Virus record (IMG/VR): IMGVR_UViG_3300047499_000023
DNA: 64,000 nucleotides
Reading direction: 5' to 3' (one strand)
Origin: an uncultured virus (IMG/VR IMGVR_UViG_3300047499_000023)
Taxonomy: Duplodnaviria; Heunggongvirae; Uroviricota; Caudoviricetes
Positions 35,783 to 43,064 of this stretch are shown here, one piece after another. The position numbers and the translations under genes are program-made. Within the stretch, counting starts at the first letter, position 1; each line of letters begins with the position of its first letter. Under the pieces are notes generated by a model. The model was not told the origin of the DNA, searched no databases, and saw nothing but the letters and a program-made list of their open reading frames with translations.

Positions 35783-36217
35783 ATGTTAGATGCAGCACAG
35801 GGTTCATCCATCCTCTCTGCCTTGGTCGGGGGCCCCTCGGGGACCCTGCAGTTCGGCAACCTGCTCGATGCGCAGACGATCACGGCCACCGCCGCGACGC
35901 CCAGCGGCAACTGGCTCGATACGGCCCAGTACGAGGGCTATCTCCTGTTTCTGGTCGCGCTCGGTGTGCTCACCGGCTCGGCCACGGTGCAGGTGCAACT
36001 CCAATCGTCCGCGGCGAAGACGGGTGCGAGCCCGGTCTCCGGCGGCGCGAGCGCGCAGTTCCCGCAGGTATCGTTCGGCAACACCGCGGGCCCGCAGGCG
36101 CTCCTGTTGCCCACCACGTTCTTCGCGAATCGATACGTCGGCGCCTCCGCGGTCGTATCGGGCACCGGCAACGTGCCGATCGCGATCTACGCGCTGGGCG
36201 GTCTGCGCAGCCCGTAA
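35783..36217 (+). CDS. putative capsid decoration protein
   Basis: Beta-rich, DT..Y.G..F....G...V.LQ.S...RYV pattern. Confidence 0.6.
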   Translation: MLDAAQGSSILSALVGGPSGTLQFGNLLDAQTITATAATPSGNWLDTAQYEGYLLFLVALGVLTGSATVQVQLQSSAAKTGASPVSGGASAQFPQVSFGNTAGPQALLLPTTFFANRYVGASAVVSGTGNVPIAIYALGGLRSP

Positions 36218-36230
36218 GAGTCCATTCGCT

Positions 36231-36575
36231 TTGTTCGTCGAAAATACGGCGGCGTTCCTCGCGGACTTTCCCGTGCCCGCGAGTTACGCCGCCGCCGGCG
36301 GCTGGTCGCTCGATGGACTGGCGACGCTCGATTCATCGAACACACTCGATGGCGGCGGCCGCGTCATTACGGGCGTCGTTTTTTTCGATGAGCCCGATCG
36401 GGAGATTTTGAACAATCGGGCGATATCGTCCGACTACACGATCACGTATCGCACGCTCGACTTCCCGGGTCTGGTGTCGGGCGATGAGATCACTGTCAAC
36501 GGCACGCTGTACGTCGTGCTCCACGCCATGAAGATCGAAGACGGCGTGTTCTCTCGCGCCATCCTGGAGCTCTAA
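36231..36575 (+). CDS. head-tail joining protein (FII-like)
   Basis: TTG start MFVE...FL.DF; FDEP...L..GD.I.V.G..Y.V.....DG.F....L. Confidence 0.7.
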   Translation: MFVENTAAFLADFPVPASYAAAGGWSLDGLATLDSSNTLDGGGRVITGVVFFDEPDREILNNRAISSDYTITYRTLDFPGLVSGDEITVNGTLYVVLHAMKIEDGVFSRAILEL

Positions 36576-37016
36576 ATGCCCACCGCCAGCGTCAGCGAAC
36601 AGATCATGGCGTATCTGGCGACGCAGCTTTCGAGCGCCGCAGGCTTCACGTTCTATCGCGAACGCGAAACGCCGGTGGCCCGGCAGGAGGGCCTCACGGG
36701 CATCCTGGACGAAGACGAGGAGGAGACCGCCTATCAAGCCACGGGGCTGATTCTCCGGACGTTCTATGCGCGCGTCACCATCATCGCTCGCGCGAGCGAG
36801 GCGGCGCCGATCGCCGCCACCCTGGCCGATGCAGCGCGGGTCACGGTCTATGCCGCGATCATGAAGGATCAAACCTTGGGAGGCCTCGCCGGCGTCGTCA
36901 CGGATGAGGGAACCAAATGGCTCAAGGAGGAGGCGGACCGCAATGCCGTCAGCCTCGAGATGCGCTTTCGCATCCGCTACGCCACGAAGATCAACGATTT
37001 GACCCAGGTGGTTTAA
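36576..37016 (+). CDS. tail terminator (gpU-like)
   Basis: EQI...L...L, YR.R, AIM.D.TLGGL, F.IRY.T...DL. Confidence 0.7.
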   Translation: MPTASVSEQIMAYLATQLSSAAGFTFYRERETPVARQEGLTGILDEDEEETAYQATGLILRTFYARVTIIARASEAAPIAATLADAARVTVYAAIMKDQTLGGLAGVVTDEGTKWLKEEADRNAVSLEMRFRIRYATKINDLTQVV

Positions 37017-37577
37017 GTGTCGCAAATCCCCCTCGACAACCCGACGCGCGGCACGACCACGCTCCTCGCGCAATGCGTGAACTCGAGCGGCACGGTGGTC
37101 GGCACCACGAGCTCCCAGCTCGCCGACGGCACCACGTTGGGCGACGGCACCGGGGATCTTGCCTTCAACCTCGGCCGGAAGTTGAAGCAATGGGGCGCCG
37201 ACGTGAACACCATGACCAGCTTGATGCTGGGCAACTATCTCGCGGTGGCACCGGCGGCGAGTCAGAACAATTGGGACCCCACCGGCGGATCACCGGGAAA
37301 CCTCGCGGCGATCTCGCGCCTCGATTTGAATCCGTCGCAGTCGATCGACATCACGGGCCTGATCGCCACCGACATCGCCGACGAAAAGCGGATCACCGTG
37401 CGCAACGTGAGCCAGCTTTATACGGTGACGTTGCAACACCAGAACGTCGCGTCCGCGGCCGCGAATCAGTTTTACGGCCCGGGCTTGGACGACTTCATTC
37501 TCAACCCGGGCATGGCCGTCGACATCATCTATTACCTGATCCCGAGCGGCCCGACCTACTGGGTCATCAAGCCTTGA
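37017..37577 (+). CDS. fibre/decoration-like protein with DGTGD motif
   Basis: GDGTGDLAF..G.KL; C-terminal domain shared with the next gene. Confidence 0.65.
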   Translation: MSQIPLDNPTRGTTTLLAQCVNSSGTVVGTTSSQLADGTTLGDGTGDLAFNLGRKLKQWGADVNTMTSLMLGNYLAVAPAASQNNWDPTGGSPGNLAAISRLDLNPSQSIDITGLIATDIADEKRITVRNVSQLYTVTLQHQNVASAAANQFYGPGLDDFILNPGMAVDIIYYLIPSGPTYWVIKP

Positions 37578-37634
37578 AACCCCGAGTGACCTAAGAACGT
37601 GCTGCTCATATTCAGCGCTCATGGAGCCTCCGCA

Positions 37635-38600
37635 ATGACAACGACAGCCTTTAATCCGATCGCCATCGGATCTACGGTCAACGATGGCACGGGCGATGAG
37701 CCGCGGGCTGGCTTCACGAAGATCAAATCGGATCACTCGAATCTCTTGGCGTCCGTCGCGCGTCGGCAGACGTTGCCGGGCACGTTCGGCGTGACCTCGA
37801 GCGCGGGGTCGACCACCGTGCTCAACGACACGACGCAGGCCTGGGCGACCAATCAATTCGCCGGCCAGACGTTGACGATTCTGACGGGCACGCTCGCGGG
37901 CGTCTCCGAGCCGATCGCGAGCAACACGGCGAACTCGATCACGGTATCGAGCGCGTTCGGAAGCGCGATCGGGTCGGGCGTCGGGTATCAGGTATCGCCG
38001 GCGATCCTGACCGCGGGCTCCGATGGGTTTGCGACGACCGCCGGCGGCACGGGCCCGTCGACGCTGGTCGATGCCAACCAGGCCTGGACCACGAACGAAT
38101 GGGCGGGCCAGGGCGTGACGCTCCTCGCCGGCGCGTTCGCAGGCCAGACGAGCCCCATCGTGTCGAACACCGCCACCGCGTTGACGCTGTCGATCAACTT
38201 CGCGTCGGCGATCGCCGCCGGGACTCCCTACGCGATCGGGCCGTTGCCGGTCATCAATAACTTTTCGAGCACGGTCTCCGCATCGCTCGCGGCGGCGCAG
38301 AACAATTACTCCCCGACCGGCTGGGGCCCGGGCATTGATCGGCTGAAGATCACCCCGACGGCCGCGGGCGTGCAGCTCTCCGGATTGCTCGCCACCGGGA
38401 TCGCCGACGGCGCGCAGGTGCTCCTGCGGAACACCGACGCGACGAACACCTACAACCTCACGCTGCTGCATGAGTCTGGGAGCTCGAGCGCGGCGAATCA
38501 GTTTCAACTTCCGGGCGCAGCATCCTTTGTGCTGCCGCCTTTCGCGGGCTGCATGCTCGTCTACGACTTGGCTTCCACTGCATGGACGGTACTGTCATGA
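37635..38600 (+). CDS. fibre-like protein with T4 gp9/gp10-type N-terminal motif and two internal repeats
   Basis: IAIGSTVNDGTGDEPRAGFTKIK; two D..QAW.TN..AG....L.G..AG....I.SNTA..L repeats. Confidence 0.75.
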   Translation: MTTTAFNPIAIGSTVNDGTGDEPRAGFTKIKSDHSNLLASVARRQTLPGTFGVTSSAGSTTVLNDTTQAWATNQFAGQTLTILTGTLAGVSEPIASNTANSITVSSAFGSAIGSGVGYQVSPAILTAGSDGFATTAGGTGPSTLVDANQAWTTNEWAGQGVTLLAGAFAGQTSPIVSNTATALTLSINFASAIAAGTPYAIGPLPVINNFSSTVSASLAAAQNNYSPTGWGPGIDRLKITPTAAGVQLSGLLATGIADGAQVLLRNTDATNTYNLTLLHESGSSSAANQFQLPGAASFVLPPFAGCMLVYDLASTAWTVLS

Positions 38601-39688
38601 AGAAACTTCTCGCTGCCCTCGTAGGGTTTCTGCCGGCGCTCGCCTTCGCGCAGAGCTTCGGTGTGTTCCAACCCGGAGGCGATCTCGCCGGCGCGGGCTC
38701 GACTTGGAACAATCAGGTCATCGCCCCGGGAGCCGTGACCCTTGCCAAGCAAGCGACCGTCGTCGGCAACGTGTCGGGCACGCCGACGCCGGCGATCATC
38801 GGGAACAACACGTCGACCGCCGCGACGCCCGCGGCGCTCGCGCCTTTGCAGGTTGCGAACGTCCTGTCGGCGGTTCTTAGCGTCAACAATGTCTGCATCG
38901 GCACCTGCCTCACCGCCTTCTCGGGCGTGACCATCACTGGCACGACGCTCCCGAGCGGACTGACGACCGCCGTCGATGGCACCACCTTGAGCGCGGGTCA
39001 GACGGTGTTGATCACCGGCTATACGACCAATGCCTATCTCAACGGCATTTACATCGCGGGTACCGGAACCTGGACTCGCGCTGTGAACTTCATCGGATCG
39101 ATTGCGGCCAATTGCGACGTGGCGGTCATCGTCCGCAACGGAACGACCTATCAGGGTCACATGTTCAAATTGGGCACGGGCAGCGCGATCACGATCGGCA
39201 CGACGGCGCAGGTTTGGTCGGATGCCCCGATTGCGTCGGCCACCAACACGACGTTTGGAACGGTGAAGGTATCGGCCACCGGCAATACCACGGTCGCTTC
39301 GACCGGAGGCGTGGCCGCGGTCAATGACTGTGTTTCGTTCGGAGACACGAACGGCTCCATTACCGACTACGGCGACGCCTTGGACACCACGGGCCCTTGC
39401 ATCGTCGGCGATGCGCACGGGCATGTCGTATTCGATGTGGGGCCGCCGAGCGTTTCGGGCAGCGGCTGCTCGCTCACAAGCGGTGGCCGGGACTCAACCG
39501 GCTCCGTCGTCGCGACGGGCGCCGACACCTGCACCGTCACGTTCTCGGGCGCCTTCGCCATCGCGCCCAACTGCACGGCCACCGGCGTCGGCGCGACCGT
39601 CATCCCCTATTTGAACGCGCTGCCGACCACCACCGCAGCCGTGTTCAAAACGACCGCTGCCGGCACGTTCACTTACCACTGCCTCTAA
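38597..39688 (+). CDS. signal-peptide-bearing tail-fibre-like protein
   Basis: MKKLLAALVGFLPALAFA-Q; VDG.TL..G..VL......NGIY.....WTRA fibre motif; several Cys. Confidence 0.75.
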   Translation: MKKLLAALVGFLPALAFAQSFGVFQPGGDLAGAGSTWNNQVIAPGAVTLAKQATVVGNVSGTPTPAIIGNNTSTAATPAALAPLQVANVLSAVLSVNNVCIGTCLTAFSGVTITGTTLPSGLTTAVDGTTLSAGQTVLITGYTTNAYLNGIYIAGTGTWTRAVNFIGSIAANCDVAVIVRNGTTYQGHMFKLGTGSAITIGTTAQVWSDAPIASATNTTFGTVKVSATGNTTVASTGGVAAVNDCVSFGDTNGSITDYGDALDTTGPCIVGDAHGHVVFDVGPPSVSGSGCSLTSGGRDSTGSVVATGADTCTVTFSGAFAIAPNCTATGVGATVIPYLNALPTTTAAVFKTTAAGTFTYHCL

Positions 39689-39692
39689 CATC

Positions 39693-40985
39693 ATGCGAAA
39701 GATCGGGCTCTTACTCGCGCTGCTGGGCGCGAGCGTCGCCGCGTGGGCGACCAATCCGCCGAGCATTCTTAACAACACCGACCACATTTCGAATCCAGCT
39801 TCCTCCTCGAGCGTCACGGCTGCGCTGACGGCGCTGGGGATCACCTGGACCGGAACGCCGAGCTCGAGCGTGCTGACGGTCAGTCAGACATGCCCGACAG
39901 GCACGACCGCCGGCGTGAGTTGTTTTGCCCCGGGCGGCCCCACCTTTCTGCCGCCGGCGACGATCATCGCCAACGCGCAAAATCTGTCGACCAGCGAATA
40001 TGCGCCGGGCAGCGCGACCTCGGTCACTCCGCTCACGCCGTACTACCTGATCAATCAGTCCTCGACCGGGTATCAGGCGAGCTACGACCAGGCGAACTAC
40101 CCCGCGCTGGTCGCCGGGTCCATGGCCTACTCGATGGCCTACTGCGGCTTTCCCCTGGCCGGCGATCAGCCGCCTGTCGCGTTCGTGACCGCACTCCCCA
40201 ACCAGGGCGTGGGCCCGACGCCCATCCCGAGCAACGTGGGCGGCGTTCTCGGAAGCAATTGCGGCTATGCGCAGGGGATCGAGTTCAGCGTCCCGACAAC
40301 CTGCAGCGCGACCGACTGCCAATTCGCCTTCAATTCGAGCATCGAAGCGGGCTCCCCGTCCGCCACCGAAGAAGGCGTCACGGCGATCCTCGCGGCGTTG
40401 AAGTCCGCAAACCCGACTTGGACCTGGGGAGACATCAAGGGCGCGCTGCGGCAGACGGCGAGCAATTGGGCAACCGGATATGCCGTCACAACCGGCAGCG
40501 GCTCGTCCGTCGCGTTCGGCTACGGCAACATCAGCTACTCGAGCGCCGCGGCGATCTCCGGCACGAGCTCGATCTACCTCCAGCCGCCGAGCGTGCATCT
40601 GGCGAATGCGGGCGCCTTCGCGCAGATCATCGTCTACCCGTTCCTGCAGACGAGGCGCACGTCCGAAGTCATCTACGCGTTCACATCGGCGCCGACCTGG
40701 CCGTCGTACACGACGGGTTGCAGCAGCGGCCCTTGCAACGAGTACACGTACTCGCAGCTCGCGGCGATCGCGAGCAGCTACGGCGGCACGCGCATCGCGC
40801 AGACCTCGGGCGGCGTGACCCCGACGTTTATCTATTACCCGCCCTCGAGCGGCACCTATTACTTCGTCGTCTTCACGACCGATGCCACGGGCGCGCTGGG
40901 CGGCTCTGAGCACTACTCGCGCGGCGAACTGTTCTCCGCGCAATCGGCGGCGCTGACCGTTTCGACATCTTGCGTTAGGCAATAA
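39693..40985 (+). CDS. secreted Cys-rich protein with a degenerate subtilase (S8)-like segment
   Basis: MRKIGLLLALLGASVAAWA signal; AILAALKSANPTWTWGDIKGALRQTA...FGYGNI. Confidence 0.65.
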   Translation: MRKIGLLLALLGASVAAWATNPPSILNNTDHISNPASSSSVTAALTALGITWTGTPSSSVLTVSQTCPTGTTAGVSCFAPGGPTFLPPATIIANAQNLSTSEYAPGSATSVTPLTPYYLINQSSTGYQASYDQANYPALVAGSMAYSMAYCGFPLAGDQPPVAFVTALPNQGVGPTPIPSNVGGVLGSNCGYAQGIEFSVPTTCSATDCQFAFNSSIEAGSPSATEEGVTAILAALKSANPTWTWGDIKGALRQTASNWATGYAVTTGSGSSVAFGYGNISYSSAAAISGTSSIYLQPPSVHLANAGAFAQIIVYPFLQTRRTSEVIYAFTSAPTWPSYTTGCSSGPCNEYTYSQLAAIASSYGGTRIAQTSGGVTPTFIYYPPSSGTYYFVVFTTDATGALGGSEHYSRGELFSAQSAALTVSTSCVRQ

Positions 40986-40994
40986 GGGGCGGCC

Positions 40995-42446
40995 ATGGGA
41001 TGGACTTTCGACGGCTCACTGCCGACGTTCGATCACGGCGCGGGCTACACCTTCGACGGCTCCTCGAGCTCCGGCGCGCCCGTCATCACCGCGAACCCAT
41101 CGAATGCGAGCGTGACGGCGCCCGCCACCGCGACGTTCACGGCGAACGCCACGGGCTACACGTCCGTCCAGTGGCAGACCGATTCGGGATCTAGCGGCAC
41201 GACCTGGTCGAACATCTCCGGGGCCACGTCGACGAGCTACACGACGGGCGCGACCAGCGCGCTCACGAACGGCTGGCAGTATCGCGCCGTCTTCACGAAC
41301 GGATCGGGATCCACCGATACGCTCGATGCGACGCTGACCGTTACGTCGGTGCCGATCGTCATCGTCAACCCGCTGAGTCAAGTCATTCAGACGGGCTCGA
41401 CGGCAACGCTCTCGTCGGTGGCCGACGGCTACCCGGTGCCCACCGTGCAATGGCAAACCGACTCAGGCACGGGCGGCGTGACCTGGTCGAACATCTCGGG
41501 CGCTACCTCGAGCACCTACGTCACCGGCGTCCTCACCAGCGCAGAAAACGGCTGGGAGTATCGCGCCGTTTTCACCAATACCCAGGGCAGCGCCACGTCC
41601 GCGGCGGCGACGCTCGCGGTTGTCTCGATCATTTCCACAGGAGTAAAACCCATGCAGTTCGTATTTGGTCCGGGCAACCTGATCGTCACCCCGCTCACGG
41701 ATGCCTACGGAAACACCATCAGCCCGACCACGCCCCGGAAGCTAGGAGCGTTCCAGGAGGCGTCGTTCGATACCTCCTCCGAGAACAAAATGCTCTACGG
41801 GCCCAACCAGTTCCCGCTCGCGGTCGGCCGCGGCAAGGCGAAGGTGGGCTTGAAGGTCAAGGCCGCGCAGTTCTCGATCGATCAGTGGAACGCGATCTAT
41901 ATCGGCCAGCCAGTCAATCAGACCGCCGGCATCATCGCGGCCTACGTCGATGCCGTCGGCAGCACGATCCCGGCGACCCCGTACCAGATCACGCCGGTCA
42001 CGACCTACGCGTCCTACCTCACCGGCACGTCGCCCGCGTTCGACTACGACCTCGGCGTCGCTGACGGCTCCGGCAACGCCTACAAGGCCGTCACGGGCAC
42101 GCCCACCACGGGCCAGTATGCGGTGGCAGGCGGCGTCTATACGTTCGCGGCCGCCGATACCGGCAAGACGGTGTTCATCTCGTTTGCGTACACCGCGACC
42201 AACGCGGCCGGCGCGAAGAACGCGTACGTGAACATCAACAACTTGCCCATGGGCCAGGCGCCGTTCCTGCAGGTCGATCTCTCCTGCGTGTACGGCGGCA
42301 ACCAGCTCTTCGTGACGCTGTTCCAGGCGATCGCGAGCAAGCTGTCCTTCGCGACCAAGCTCGACGACTTCGCGATCCCCGATCTCGAGTTCGACGGCTT
42401 CGCCAACTCGGCCAACGTCGCCTATCGCATCGCCGCGGGACAGTAA
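40995..42446 (+). CDS. major tail (tube) protein with two N-terminal Ig-like domains; nested start at 41652
   Basis: Two P.I..NP...WQTDSG..W.NISGAT..Y...NGW.YRAVFTN Ig repeats; then MQFVFG.G...FPLAVGRGK...K.DDF.IP tube domain; precedes chaperone and tape measure. Confidence 0.85.
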   Translation: MGWTFDGSLPTFDHGAGYTFDGSSSSGAPVITANPSNASVTAPATATFTANATGYTSVQWQTDSGSSGTTWSNISGATSTSYTTGATSALTNGWQYRAVFTNGSGSTDTLDATLTVTSVPIVIVNPLSQVIQTGSTATLSSVADGYPVPTVQWQTDSGTGGVTWSNISGATSSTYVTGVLTSAENGWEYRAVFTNTQGSATSAAATLAVVSIISTGVKPMQFVFGPGNLIVTPLTDAYGNTISPTTPRKLGAFQEASFDTSSENKMLYGPNQFPLAVGRGKAKVGLKVKAAQFSIDQWNAIYIGQPVNQTAGIIAAYVDAVGSTIPATPYQITPVTTYASYLTGTSPAFDYDLGVADGSGNAYKAVTGTPTTGQYAVAGGVYTFAAADTGKTVFISFAYTATNAAGAKNAYVNINNLPMGQAPFLQVDLSCVYGGNQLFVTLFQAIASKLSFATKLDDFAIPDLEFDGFANSANVAYRIAAGQ

Positions 42447-42452
42447 AACGCC

Positions 42453-42797
42453 ATGATCGAAGCCAACGAAGAATTGTGGGAAGGGGAAGAGATCACGCTG
42501 CGCGGGCGGAAGTACATCCTGCCGCCGCTCAACTTTGCAGGCCTTGCGAAGTTCCGAAAGCGCTTGAACAGCGTGGCCGAGCTCGACGCCGACGCGCAGG
42601 CCGAGCTCTTTTTCGAAATCGTGCTCTGGTGTTTCCATCGTAACTATCCGTCCATGACGATGGCTGATTTGAAGGAGATGGCGGACCTTAAAAACTTCGG
42701 ACGCATGCGCGACATCGCGCTGCAGACCTCGCGATTCTCGAAGGTCGGGGGATCGACAGTCCCGGGAAAAGAGGCGGCGGATCTCCCACAGATTTAA
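42453..42797 (+). CDS. tail assembly chaperone (gpG-like)
   Basis: Between tube and tape measure; Y.LPPL.F, RNYP motifs; slippery site near the 3' end. Confidence 0.8.
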   Translation: MIEANEELWEGEEITLRGRKYILPPLNFAGLAKFRKRLNSVAELDADAQAELFFEIVLWCFHRNYPSMTMADLKEMADLKNFGRMRDIALQTSRFSKVGGSTVPGKEAADLPQI

Positions 42798-43042
42798 ACG
42801 ACTTGCTGTTTTTCCTGGTGCTATCGACCGGGCACACGTTAAGCCAGATCAAAATCGAGTGGGACTTTCCGCGTCTGGAACGATGGATTGAATACTGCGA
42901 AAAGCACCCGCCGCTGCAGGCCATGATCGCCGCCTATCTCGGCGTGGGCGACGCCAGGAAGGCGGGCCAGATGCGTCTCACGGAAGAGAATTTCGAGAGC
43001 TTTATTTCGATGTTGAATGCCGAATCCAAGCTGACCGGCTGA
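42764..43042 (+). CDS. -1 frameshift extension (gpT-like) of the chaperone
   Basis: G GGA AAA heptamer at 42764-42770 in the correct phase; -1 frame is open to 43042. Confidence 0.85.
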   Translation, partial: GKRGGGSPTDLNDLLFFLVLSTGHTLSQIKIEWDFPRLERWIEYCEKHPPLQAMIAAYLGVGDARKAGQMRLTEENFESFISMLNAESKLTG

Positions 43043-43064
43043 CGGGTAGGGAGCGCGCGCGATC

